64,000 nt of DNA from Candidatus Nomurabacteria bacterium (GTDB lineage: Bacteria; Patescibacteriota; Minisyncoccia; Phycocordibacterales; UBA9973). Of the stretch, positions 7,752 to 17,539 are shown piece by piece (position 1 is the first letter of the stretch; every line of letters begins with the position of its first letter). The notes under the pieces are model-generated. The model saw only the letters and a program-made list of their open reading frames with translations. It searched no databases and was not told the DNA's origin. The stretch lies in assembly GCA_023267215.1 (NCBI GenBank), contig JAHFNS010000001.1, positions 22,043 to 86,042 of the forward strand. The letters are read 5' to 3'. A program made the position numbers and the translations under genes.

Positions 7752-10175
7752 GTGAGAATAAAAATTTGTATGAAGAATTACGATCATAAAAAAATTGAAA
7801 AGAAAATCCAAAAAGAGTGGGAAAAGAAAAAGATATATTCTGCTTCCGATAAATCTAAAAAGCCAAAATTTTATTCTTTAATCGAATTTCCATATCCATC
7901 TGGTGATGGACTTCACATTGGACATCCTAGACCATATACTGCAATGGATATTATTTCTCGTAAACGTAGAATGGAAGGATTTAACGTCCTTTTTCCTATT
8001 GGTTGGGATGCCTTTGGTCTACCGACTGAAAATTATGCAATAAAAACTGGTAAAAAGCCGGCAGTTGTTACAAAGAAAAATATAATTACATTTACTCGAC
8101 AAATAAAATCACTCGGTATTTCTTTTGATTGGTCTAGGGAAATTAATACAACTGACCCAGCTTATTACAAGTGGACGCAATGGATATTTTTGCAGTTCTA
8201 TAAAAAAGGTTTAGCTTATAAGGCCAAATCTTATATTAACTGGTGTCCAAAGGATAAGATTGGTCTTGCTAATGAAGAAGCGATAGGTGGTGTCTGTGAG
8301 CGTTGTGGAAGTGCTACAGAAAAGCGTGAAAAAGAGCAATGGATGCTTGCTATCACAAAATATGCAGACAGGCTCGATAAAGACTTAGACTTGGTGGATT
8401 ATCCAGAGAGAGTAAAATCACAACAAAGAAATTGGATAGGGAAATCAGAGGGAAGTGAATTGGAATTTAGCTTTTGTCCGTGTGCAAAAGAAAATTTACC
8501 AAATCTAAAAGAAGGAATAAAAGTGTTTACTACTCGTGCAGATACTCTTTTTGGTGTTACGTATGTTGTACTTGCTCCAGAACATGAATTGATTTCAAAA
8601 ATTCAATCAAGAATTACAAATTGGGATGAAGTTGAAAAATATATAAAAGATACAAAGAAAAAATCGGAGATGGAAAGGATGGCAGAAGATAAAACGAAAA
8701 CTGGGGTAGAGCTTAAAGGTGTGAAAGCAATCAATCCTGCTAATAATGAAGAAGTGCCAATTTGGATTGCAGATTATGTCTTAGTAGAATACGGCACAGG
8801 GGCTGTGATGGCAGTGCCAATGCACGACAAAAGGGATAGAGATTTTTCAGAAAAATACAATTTGCCCATCATAGATAGGCCACTTGTTGATGCGAAAGAA
8901 ATTACACAGAAGGTAGGAGGAAAAATTGTTACAAAATTTAAATTACGAGATTGGGTTTTTTCACGTCAGAGATATTGGGGTGAACCTATACCATTAGTCA
9001 ATTGTGAAAAGTGTGGACTCGTACCGATAGGAGAAAAAGATTTGCCAGTAAAGTTGCCGGAAGTAAAAAGTTATACACCGACAGATAATGGAGAATCACC
9101 ACTTGCGGGTATATCAAAATGGGTAAATACAAAATGTCCAAAATGTGGTGGTCCTGCTAAAAGAGAAACAGATACAATGCCAAACTGGGCAGGTAGCTCT
9201 TGGTATTATTTGAGGTATACAGATCCCAAAAATAGTAAAGAATTTGCAAGTAAAAAGAATTTAAAATATTGGACGCCGGTAGATTGGTACAATGGTGGAA
9301 TGGAACACACAACTCTCCACTTACTGTACTCACGTTTTTGGCATAAATTTTTATATGATTTGAAACTTGTGCCGACATCTGAACCTTACAAAAAAAGAAC
9401 TTCTCATGGAATGATATTAGGTGAAGGTGGAGTAAAAATGTCTAAGTCTTTAGGGAATGTTATAAACCCAGATGATATTGTAAAAACATATGGGGCAGAT
9501 ACATTACGTGTTTATGAAATGTTTATAGGTCCATTTGAAGAGGCTGCTCAATGGAGTACTGAGAGTATCATCGGCTCAAGGAGATTTATAGAAAAAGTTT
9601 GGAGGATAGGGGAGAAGATTTCAAAAAAGCTGCTTTCTCACGGCTCGCACTCGAACTTGAATGTGGTTAACGAATCTAATATTGCGTATGCCGAAAAAAG
9701 TTCTGCTTCGCAATCTCCTGTTTTAAAACTTTTACACAAAACAATCAAAAAAGTTTCAGAAGATATTGAAGATATGCGTTTTAATACTGCGATTTCTGCG
9801 ATGATGATACTTGCGACGGAGATGGAAAAAATTAACTTTATTGATTTAGAAGATTATAAAAAATTCTTACAAATTTTAAATCCATTTGCTCCGCACATTG
9901 CAGAATATATTTGGTTTGAGTTAGGGGAGAAGAAAAGTATAAACTTGTCTAGTTGGCCGAAATGGGATGAAAGTTTAATTAAGGATAAGGAAGTAAAAAT
10001 TGCTGTGCAGATAAATGGTAAAGTTAGAACTGAAATAACGATCCAAATGGATGAAAAAGAAGAGGAAGTAAAAAAGAAGGCTTTCGCTAACCAAATTGTT
10101 TTAAAATATATAGGACAACAAGAACCTAAAAAGATAATTTATGTCAAGAATAGAGTTATTAACATATTGAATTAA
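7752..10175 (+). CDS. leuS: Leucyl-tRNA synthetase
   Basis: HIGH-region (PYPSGDGLHIGHP), KMSKS, and C-terminal anticodon-binding region FNTAISAMM. The true start may be the internal Met at ~7770. Confidence 0.9.
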   Translation: MRIKICMKNYDHKKIEKKIQKEWEKKKIYSASDKSKKPKFYSLIEFPYPSGDGLHIGHPRPYTAMDIISRKRRMEGFNVLFPIGWDAFGLPTENYAIKTGKKPAVVTKKNIITFTRQIKSLGISFDWSREINTTDPAYYKWTQWIFLQFYKKGLAYKAKSYINWCPKDKIGLANEEAIGGVCERCGSATEKREKEQWMLAITKYADRLDKDLDLVDYPERVKSQQRNWIGKSEGSELEFSFCPCAKENLPNLKEGIKVFTTRADTLFGVTYVVLAPEHELISKIQSRITNWDEVEKYIKDTKKKSEMERMAEDKTKTGVELKGVKAINPANNEEVPIWIADYVLVEYGTGAVMAVPMHDKRDRDFSEKYNLPIIDRPLVDAKEITQKVGGKIVTKFKLRDWVFSRQRYWGEPIPLVNCEKCGLVPIGEKDLPVKLPEVKSYTPTDNGESPLAGISKWVNTKCPKCGGPAKRETDTMPNWAGSSWYYLRYTDPKNSKEFASKKNLKYWTPVDWYNGGMEHTTLHLLYSRFWHKFLYDLKLVPTSEPYKKRTSHGMILGEGGVKMSKSLGNVINPDDIVKTYGADTLRVYEMFIGPFEEAAQWSTESIIGSRRFIEKVWRIGEKISKKLLSHGSHSNLNVVNESNIAYAEKSSASQSPVLKLLHKTIKKVSEDIEDMRFNTAISAMMILATEMEKINFIDLEDYKKFLQILNPFAPHIAEYIWFELGEKKSINLSSWPKWDESLIKDKEVKIAVQINGKVRTEITIQMDEKEEEVKKKAFANQIVLKYIGQQEPKKIIYVKNRVINILN
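9639..9693 (+). repeat. 55-bp repeat core (about 87% identical to the core at 44895..44949), translated in-frame within leuS
   Basis: CACGGCTCGCACTCGAACTTGAATGTGGTTAACGAATCTAATATTGCGTATGCCG aligned to CACGGCTCGCACTCCAACCTGATAGTGGTTTACGAAATTAATATTGCGTATGCCG. Encodes part of ...SHGSHSNLNVVNESNIAYAEK... in the variable linker of LeuS. Confidence 0.8.
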
Positions 10176-10277
10176 AATAGTTGTTGTTAAACTTGATTAG
10201 TTTGTAGTATGATATAGATATTAATAAAGTCGTTATATTTATTAGTTTTTTTAATAGTAATTTAAAGTAAAAAATAT

Positions 10278-12410
10278 ATGTTATCAAATATTTTAGATAG
10301 AGTTTCTTTTTGGGCACTCTTTGCTGTTATTGTCTTATTACCAGTTTTCTTTTTACCTTTTAGTCAAATTCCAATTGAGACATCAAAAGGTTTACTTTTA
10401 GTGATGGGGTTGGTTGTTTCAATCATCTTTTGGATTGCTGCTAGATTTTCAGATGGTAAAATTAGTCTGCCTAGATCTCTATTTTTATTTTCTGGTTTAT
10501 GCTTACTCTTGGTTTTTCTTGTTTCTGCTTTGTTTTCTTCAGCCTCTCCAGTTTCTTTTTTCGGAATTATGTTTGATATAGGTACTTTTTATTTTATGTT
10601 GGGAGCATTTCTTTTAATGCTTATTTCTTCTGTTGTTCTAAAAGATAAAAAGAATGCAAAAACAGTCTTTTGGGGAGTAATTATTTCTTCTTTTGTCCTA
10701 TTTTTATTTCAAAGCTTACGTTTCTTTATGCCTGAGGCTTTATCCTTTGGTGTTTTGGGTGGAAAAACAGATAACCTTTTAGGGTCTTGGAACGCTCTTG
10801 GACTTTTCACTGGATTTTCTGTCATTATTTCTCTCTTTATACTTGAATTTTTCTCAGTTTCAAAATTAATTAAGTGGCTCCTAGGAATCTTGATTCTTTT
10901 TTCGATTTTATTGTGTGCAGCTGTTAATTTTGCTCTAGTCTGGGAGCTTCTAGGAGTTTTCTCTTTAATCATTTTCGTTTATAAAATTTCGTTTTCTTTT
11001 ACTAGAAAACAAAATGAAAATGAAAAAAAATATTTTCCAATTTTTTCCTTTGCAGTAGTTATGATATCTCTTTTGTTTTTTATGTCTAGTCAATTTATCG
11101 GTAGTATTTTACCAAATACTTTAGGATTATCGAATACAGAAGTTGGACCATCTTTTTCAACAACTATGTCTGTTACTGGTGGAGCTCTAATGAAGAATCC
11201 AGTTTTGGGTGTAGGTCCAAACAAATTTGGAGAAGTTTGGGCAATGTATAAACCATTATCTATCAATATGACACAGTTTTGGGATACTTCTTTTAACTCT
11301 GGTTCTGGATTATTACCGACTTTTGCTTCTACGACAGGAATATTGGGTATTTTAGCTTGGATCGCATTCTTTGTGTTATTTATGATTACTGGTTTGAGAT
11401 ATCTCTTTTTCAGTCTTAAGAATAATGCTGGTTGGGAAATAGTTATCTTTTTTGTAGGCTCTTTATATTTATTTATCTGTTCCTTCTTTTATTCGACAGG
11501 TGGAGTTGTATTTTTATTAGCTTTTGCTTTCACGGGTGTATTTATCGGTCTTTCTTCTTCTAGTCTCTCAAATGGAGAAATTCATATTTCTTTATTAGAT
11601 GATCCAAAGAGAAGTTTCTTCTCTGTACTTTCACTAGTTGTTTTGATGATTATTTCTGCTGCAGCTGGATTCAAATATATAGAACGCCTTGCTTCTGTTT
11701 CATATTTTGGTAGTGCTTTTTCTAGTCAGACAGTTGCACAAGCTGAAAACTCTATAGCAAAGGCAGTCTCTTTATATCAAAATGATTTATATTTGCGTAC
11801 TTATGCTCAAGTTTATCTTACCAAAATAAATACTATTGTCTCTAAAGGAGCTTCTTCTTTGTCTGATGCAGATAAAACAGAATTACAAACGGACATCAGT
11901 CAAGTTATTAATAGTTCACAAATGGCAGTTGATTACGATAAAACAAATTATTTGAACTATAGTTCTTTAGGTGTTGCTTATAATACCGTGGGGCTACTTG
12001 GAGTGAAAGATGCTAATGATAAATCAATTGAAGCTTATAAAACAGCATCAACTCTTAACCCATTTAATCCTGGTATTAAGCTTTCTATCGCTAGGGTTTA
12101 TTTGTCAGATAACAAAACAAAAGAAGCAAGAGATTTTGCCAAAGAAGCTGTTGCCTTAAAATCTGATTACGTTGAAGCTTATATCACTCTTTCCCAAATA
12201 GAAAAAGTTGATGGTAATAATTCTGCTGCTATTTCTTATGCAGAGACTGCTCTTTCTTTAGTTCCTGATAATAAAGATTTGATTCAATACGTAGCTTCTC
12301 TTAAAAATGGAAGTTCAGCCCCTGCTCCTACTATTGCTGCCCCTGGTACTACTCCTTCTTCTGCCCCTATTGTTCCTACTCCAAAAACTAATTCTAAAAC
12401 GAAACAATAA
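10278..12410 (+). CDS. O-antigen ligase-like polytopic membrane protein with C-terminal TPR repeats
   Basis: Many TM helices, then a soluble repeat-rich C-terminus ending in a Pro/Ala-rich tail. Confidence 0.45.
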   Translation: MLSNILDRVSFWALFAVIVLLPVFFLPFSQIPIETSKGLLLVMGLVVSIIFWIAARFSDGKISLPRSLFLFSGLCLLLVFLVSALFSSASPVSFFGIMFDIGTFYFMLGAFLLMLISSVVLKDKKNAKTVFWGVIISSFVLFLFQSLRFFMPEALSFGVLGGKTDNLLGSWNALGLFTGFSVIISLFILEFFSVSKLIKWLLGILILFSILLCAAVNFALVWELLGVFSLIIFVYKISFSFTRKQNENEKKYFPIFSFAVVMISLLFFMSSQFIGSILPNTLGLSNTEVGPSFSTTMSVTGGALMKNPVLGVGPNKFGEVWAMYKPLSINMTQFWDTSFNSGSGLLPTFASTTGILGILAWIAFFVLFMITGLRYLFFSLKNNAGWEIVIFFVGSLYLFICSFFYSTGGVVFLLAFAFTGVFIGLSSSSLSNGEIHISLLDDPKRSFFSVLSLVVLMIISAAAGFKYIERLASVSYFGSAFSSQTVAQAENSIAKAVSLYQNDLYLRTYAQVYLTKINTIVSKGASSLSDADKTELQTDISQVINSSQMAVDYDKTNYLNYSSLGVAYNTVGLLGVKDANDKSIEAYKTASTLNPFNPGIKLSIARVYLSDNKTKEARDFAKEAVALKSDYVEAYITLSQIEKVDGNNSAAISYAETALSLVPDNKDLIQYVASLKNGSSAPAPTIAAPGTTPSSAPIVPTPKTNSKTKQ

Positions 12411-12429
12411 TAATCTAATTTAATAAAAG

Positions 12430-14109
12430 ATGCAGAGAATCTTGAAAATTTTCAGTAAAGAATACGGAAACATAAATCAAGCTGCACTTTTGATGGGAGG
12501 TTTTACTCTTCTTTCTCAAATTTTAGCGCTCTTTCGTGATAGATTTATTGCCCATTTTATCGGTCCATCACCAGAACTTGATGCATATTATGCGGCTTTT
12601 CGAGTACCTGATTTGATATTTATTTCTATTGCCTCTCTTGCTTCTATTACTGTACTTATTCCTTTCATCGTAGAAAAAATGAGTGGAGAAACAGTTACGA
12701 AAGAAGCGCGTAAATTGTTGAATGACGTTTTTACTGTTTTTTTGGCAGCAATGGTTTTTATTTCCTTGGTAGCTTTTTTAATTATGCCTTATTTGGTATT
12801 TTTCATTGCACCAGGATTTACACCTTTAATGCAGGCGAAAGTAATTTTATTTTCTAGAATAATGCTTCTTTCTCCGATCTTAATGGGTCTCTCAAATTTA
12901 TTTGGCACAATTACTCAGCTCTTCCGTAAATTTTTTATTTATTCCCTAAGTCCAATTTTTTATAATTTTGGCATAATAACTGGTATTGTTCTTTTATATC
13001 CTATTTTTGGTATCAATGGTTTAGTCTTTGGTGTTGCACTTGGAGCTTTTCTACATTTTTCGATTCAGGCTTTTGCTTCTTTTCAATGTGGATTTACTCC
13101 CAGGTTTTCGTTCTCGATTGATTTTAAAGAAATAAAAAAAATAGCTCTTATTTCTCTTCCGAGAACCCTAGGTTTATCTTTTAATAGTATTTCTCTTATT
13201 TCGATTATTGCTTTTGCTTCCTATCTATCAAGTGGATCAATTTCAATTTTCAATTTTTCATTTAATCTTCAATCAGTACCTCTTAATATTATTGGTATAT
13301 CTTATGCTGTGGCAGCCTTTCCGACTTTAGTAAAATCTTTTAACAATCAGAAAAAAGATGAATTTAGAAATCATTTGAAATCTACTGGAAGACAAATAGT
13401 ATTTTGGTCACTCCCGATTATTTTTCTCTTTATTGTTCTTCGAGCACAAATAGTTCGAGTAATACTTGGTTCTGGTTCTTTTTCTTGGGAGAATACTCGA
13501 CTCGTAGCAGCTTCAGTTGCAGTTTTTTCTATTTCGATTTTAGCACAAGGAATGACGGCCCTACTTTCTCGTGCTTATTATGCGGCAGGTGATACAAAAA
13601 GACCCTTAACTGTCAATTTATTTTGTTCAATTTTAATTATAATTTTATCTTATGTTTTTTTACATATTTTTGAGAATGTTCCATTATTTCATTATTTTAT
13701 AGAATCATTATTGAAAGTTGAAAATATTCCTGGAACAGAAGTATTAATGCTCCCACTTGCATATTCTGTTGGTACAATTTTAAATTTTGTTTTGCATTGG
13801 TATTTTGTCCGCAGAGATTTCATGAAACACGAATCTTTTATTACTAAAACTTTTTTCCAAAGTTTAGGTGCTTCATTTTTTATTGGATTAGTGTCTTATT
13901 TAGGGCTAAATATTTTTTCCCCAATTTTTGGTACGACGACTGGCTGGGGAGTGTTCTTGCAAGGTTTTATTTCTGGTATCATGGGTGTTATAGCTGGTAT
14001 TATTATTCTTTACTTGCTAAAGAGTGAAGAACTGGCTGATTTAATAAAAGTTTTCAAAACCAAATTTTGGCGTACAGATGTCATTGTTTCTCCCCAAGAA
14101 GAACTTTAA
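12430..14109 (+). CDS. murJ: Lipid II flippase MurJ (MviN)
   Basis: N-terminus LLMGGFTLLSQILALFRDRFIAHFIGPSPELDAYYAAFRVPD is characteristic of MurJ. About 14 TM helices. Confidence 0.8.
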   Translation: MQRILKIFSKEYGNINQAALLMGGFTLLSQILALFRDRFIAHFIGPSPELDAYYAAFRVPDLIFISIASLASITVLIPFIVEKMSGETVTKEARKLLNDVFTVFLAAMVFISLVAFLIMPYLVFFIAPGFTPLMQAKVILFSRIMLLSPILMGLSNLFGTITQLFRKFFIYSLSPIFYNFGIITGIVLLYPIFGINGLVFGVALGAFLHFSIQAFASFQCGFTPRFSFSIDFKEIKKIALISLPRTLGLSFNSISLISIIAFASYLSSGSISIFNFSFNLQSVPLNIIGISYAVAAFPTLVKSFNNQKKDEFRNHLKSTGRQIVFWSLPIIFLFIVLRAQIVRVILGSGSFSWENTRLVAASVAVFSISILAQGMTALLSRAYYAAGDTKRPLTVNLFCSILIIILSYVFLHIFENVPLFHYFIESLLKVENIPGTEVLMLPLAYSVGTILNFVLHWYFVRRDFMKHESFITKTFFQSLGASFFIGLVSYLGLNIFSPIFGTTTGWGVFLQGFISGIMGVIAGIIILYLLKSEELADLIKVFKTKFWRTDVIVSPQEEL

Positions 14110-14178
14110 AATATTGACAACTAAAAAAAGAATCCGCTTTCTCTAGAAGATAATAGTATTTTCTGATAAGATAGGTTT

Positions 14179-16071
14179 ATGGATTTACAATATATACGAA
14201 ATTTCAGCATCATAGCTCATATAGACCATGGTAAGAGCACTTTGGCAGATAGAATGCTTGAAATAACACATACCATAGAGGCTCGTAAAATGCGTGACCA
14301 ATTTTTGGATAATATGGAGCTTGAACGAGAAAGGGGTATAACTATTAAGATGCAACCCGTACGTATGGAATTTACCCCAAATTCCCCGAAGCCCAGCTTA
14401 GGAGAAGTTTCCTTAAGCTGGGCTTCGGGGGAAGGCGAAACTTTTATTTTAAACCTTATAGACACGCCAGGCCACATAGACTTCTCTTATGAAGTATCTC
14501 GTGCCTTAAAGGCCGTAGAAGGCTCTATATTGCTCGTAGATGCAACTCAGGGTGTCCAAGCACAAACATTGACTACTTTAGAAATGGCTCGAGAAAGCGG
14601 GCTTGTTCTCATCCCTGTTTTATCAAAAATAGATTCACCATTAGCTCGAGTAGATGAAATAAAAATGGAAGTGGCAGTTTTGCTTGATATAAATCCTGAT
14701 ACAATTTTAGAAGTATCTGGAAAAACAGGGGAAGGTGTAGAGAATTTATTAGAAGAAATAATAAAAAAAATACCGCCACCTTCTTTGGATGAAAAATTAA
14801 TTCCTGATACTTTGCAAAATGTACGAGGAGAAGAAAGTTGTCGGGCTTTAGTTTTTGACTTTAAATATGATAGTCATAGAGGAGTTATTGTCTATGTTCG
14901 TCTTTTCAACGGTTCAATAAAAAAAGGGGACAATCTTCTTTTTTCTGTTTCGGGAGAAAGATTTATCGCACTAGAAGTCGGAATATTCTCACCAGAAGAG
15001 AATCCAAAAAGTTCAATTGGAATTGGAGAAATAGGTTATATTATAACCGGAATTAAAAAGCCTGGTATTGCTTCTGTCGGAGACACCATCACTTTTAATA
15101 AAAAACCACTACCTGCTTTACCCGGATATATGAATCCAAAACCGGTTGTCTGGGCTTCGGTTTATCCAGAAGATGCAGATGATTTTCCAAATTTAAAACT
15201 TGCTTTAAGTCGTTTAAAACTTTCTGATTCTGCTTTTTCTTACGAAGAAGAATCTTCTGGTACGCTTGGTAAAGGTTTTCGTTGTGGTTTTTTAGGAATG
15301 CTGCATCTTGAAATAATTACAGAACGCTTAAAAAGAGAATTTAATTTAAATTTGGTGGTGACGATGCCTTCTATTACCTATAAAGTAATTTTGAGAAATA
15401 ACAAAGAGTTGATGATATATTCTCCTCATTTTTTTCCAGATGATAGTCAAATCATAAAAGTTTATGAACCCTGGGTGTCAGTCAAAGTTATTACTCCACA
15501 AATGTATACCAGTGTATTAATGCCTTTTCTTTTTGACCATGAAGCAGAAGTACATATGACTGATAGCTTTGGAGACAACCGTTCAGTAATAAATCTAGAT
15601 ATGCCCTTGCGTGAATTAATGCGTAATTTTTTCGATGATTTAAAAAGTATTACTTCTGGTTATGCCTCCATTTCTTACGAAATTGGTAAATATAGAGATG
15701 CAGATGTTGTTCGATTAGATATCTTAGTGGCGGATGAATCTATGCCAGCTTTCTGTAGAGTTGTCTCAAGACGTAGGGTAGAAGAAGAAGCCCACAACCA
15801 AGTTGAAAAATTAAAAAAAATTATTCCACGACAACAATTTCCTTTTAAAATACAAGGTAAAGCATTAGGAAGAATTATTGCCTCCGAATCTGTCTCTGCT
15901 TTTCGAAAAGATGTTTTGATGCATGGTAGTAAAGTTGTTGGTGGAGGAGATGTTAGTCGAAAAAAGAAACTTCTAGAAAAGCAAAAAAGAGGAAAAGCTA
16001 GAATGAAAGAAAACGCAAAAGTAAACATTACTCAAGATGTTTTTCTAAAAATGATGCGTAGAGGGGAATAG
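14179..16071 (+). CDS. lepA: Elongation factor 4 (LepA)
   Basis: NFSIIAHIDHGKSTLADR, DTPGHIDF, and the LepA-specific C-terminal domain. Contains an in-frame 47-bp palindrome insertion at 14384..14430. Confidence 0.9.
   Translation: MDLQYIRNFSIIAHIDHGKSTLADRMLEITHTIEARKMRDQFLDNMELERERGITIKMQPVRMEFTPNSPKPSLGEVSLSWASGEGETFILNLIDTPGHIDFSYEVSRALKAVEGSILLVDATQGVQAQTLTTLEMARESGLVLIPVLSKIDSPLARVDEIKMEVAVLLDINPDTILEVSGKTGEGVENLLEEIIKKIPPPSLDEKLIPDTLQNVRGEESCRALVFDFKYDSHRGVIVYVRLFNGSIKKGDNLLFSVSGERFIALEVGIFSPEENPKSSIGIGEIGYIITGIKKPGIASVGDTITFNKKPLPALPGYMNPKPVVWASVYPEDADDFPNLKLALSRLKLSDSAFSYEEESSGTLGKGFRCGFLGMLHLEIITERLKREFNLNLVVTMPSITYKVILRNNKELMIYSPHFFPDDSQIIKVYEPWVSVKVITPQMYTSVLMPFLFDHEAEVHMTDSFGDNRSVINLDMPLRELMRNFFDDLKSITSGYASISYEIGKYRDADVVRLDILVADESMPAFCRVVSRRRVEEEAHNQVEKLKKIIPRQQFPFKIQGKALGRIIASESVSAFRKDVLMHGSKVVGGGDVSRKKKLLEKQKRGKARMKENAKVNITQDVFLKMMRRGE
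14384..14430 (+). repeat. 47-bp perfect-arm palindrome inside lepA (in-frame)
   Basis: CCCCGAAGCCCAGCTTA - 13-nt centre (GGAGAAGTTTCCT) - TAAGCTGGGCTTCGGGG. Confidence 0.9.
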
Positions 16072-16214
16072 AGTTCTATATTATTTGAGTCTAAATATTG
16101 GGGAATAGAGCAAAATCATACTTATTATAATCAGTACGCATACTATCGCCCAAACAACTTGAATTTTCTTTTGGTGTTTTTTATTGAAAAACATATAATG
16201 TATAATATCATATA

Positions 16215-16592
16215 ATGAGAAATTTTCAAAAAAAAGGAAAATGGAGCCAAATAATACAATCAAAATTTTTTTTGATATTTTTAGGTATGATTATTTTTAT
16301 TTTTATTTTTAGTATGTTTAGTTTGGTGTCAAAAATGGAAGAAACTATTCAAAACAAAAAAATAATAGCGAATAAAATTAAAGAATTGGAAAAAACAAGA
16401 AAAAATCTTAATTCGGAAATTGATAAATTAAAGACCAGTGAGGGAGTAGAAGAAAGTATAAGAGAAAAATTTGGTTTAGCGAAAAATGGAGAAAATATGA
16501 TTATGGTGGTAGATGACAAAAACAAGACAAAATCAGAAGAGAATACTACCTCTAATGGCTTTTTTAGTTTTTTAAAAAATTGGTTTAAATAA
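16215..16592 (+). CDS. Septum formation initiator, FtsB/DivIC-like
   Basis: Single TM helix, coiled coil, then the EESIREKFGLAKNGE motif. Confidence 0.5.
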   Translation: MRNFQKKGKWSQIIQSKFFLIFLGMIIFIFIFSMFSLVSKMEETIQNKKIIANKIKELEKTRKNLNSEIDKLKTSEGVEESIREKFGLAKNGENMIMVVDDKNKTKSEENTTSNGFFSFLKNWFK

Positions 16593-16612
16593 ATATGTTA
16601 TAATCATCGAAT

Positions 16613-17533
16613 ATGGATACAGGGATTAATTTAAAACAAAAAATAGCAGTGATTGGAGCTGGAGCAGTCGGCTCGACTGTTGCTTATACTTTGATGGCTA
16701 AAAATTTGGGTGGAGAGATTATACTGATAGACATTAATAAAGAAAAAGTTGAAGGCGAAGTTTTAGATATTAATGACGGGATCTCTTTTTCGGAGATAGA
16801 AAATATAAAAGTTGGTAGTTTTAAAGATGTAAGTAGCGCAGATATAATAGTTTTGACAGCGGGTGTTGCTCAAAAAACAGGTGAAACTAGACTCAATTTA
16901 GTAACAAAAAATAAAGAAATTGTCGATTCTATATTTAAAGAAATTGGACCGATTCAATCATCTGCTATTATTATTGTTGTAAGTAATCCAGTGGATATTA
17001 TAACTTATCTTGTACAAGAAATTTCTGGTTTACCCAAAAATCAAGTTTTTGGAACGGGTATGGGGCTTGATTCTGCCAGATTACGTTCAAAATTAGCTAA
17101 ACATTTTGCTATTGATAGCAAACAAATAGAAGGTTTTACTATAGGGGAACATGGCGATAGTGAATTTGTAGCTTGGAGTACTGTCAGTATCGGAGGAAAA
17201 ATGGTTGAAGATATGCTTGAACCAGAAGAAATGAATGATATTGAAGAAACAGTTAAAAAAGAAGCTTATGAAATAATTAATCGAAAAGGGGCGACTTATT
17301 ATGGCATAGCCATGGTAGTAGCAGATATTATTGAAGCTATTTTTTTTGATCAAAATAAAATCATACCCATTTCTCATCGTTTAAATAATTGGAATGGAGT
17401 AAGTGATATCTGTTTAGGAGCGCCAGCAGTTTTAGGAAAAAATGGAATCGTTAAAACTTGGGCTATTGAATTAACTTCAGAAGAAAAGGAGAAATTAAAA
17501 AAATCAGCAGAAATAATTAAGCAATATTTATAA
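16613..17533 (+). CDS. ldh: L-lactate dehydrogenase (LDH/MDH family; Gln at the substrate-specificity position)
   Basis: KIAVIGAGAVGST Rossmann motif, AGVAQKTGETR with Q rather than R, and IGEHGDS. Confidence 0.75.
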   Translation: MDTGINLKQKIAVIGAGAVGSTVAYTLMAKNLGGEIILIDINKEKVEGEVLDINDGISFSEIENIKVGSFKDVSSADIIVLTAGVAQKTGETRLNLVTKNKEIVDSIFKEIGPIQSSAIIIVVSNPVDIITYLVQEISGLPKNQVFGTGMGLDSARLRSKLAKHFAIDSKQIEGFTIGEHGDSEFVAWSTVSIGGKMVEDMLEPEEMNDIEETVKKEAYEIINRKGATYYGIAMVVADIIEAIFFDQNKIIPISHRLNNWNGVSDICLGAPAVLGKNGIVKTWAIELTSEEKEKLKKSAEIIKQYL

Positions 17534-17539
17534 AATAAT

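Noticed and set aside
12290-12400. GC-rich Pro/Ala/Thr-rich stretch at the 3' end of the O-antigen-ligase-like gene
   Set aside because: It is a low-complexity linker/tail coding region (PAPTIAAPGTTPSSAPIVPTP) without inverted-repeat structure. It is not a member of the palindromic element family.
16081-16263. 60-aa minus-strand ORF between lepA and the ftsB-like gene
   Set aside because: It overlaps the start of the FtsB/DivIC-like gene and is an AT-rich low-complexity peptide. Likely non-coding promoter/leader DNA.
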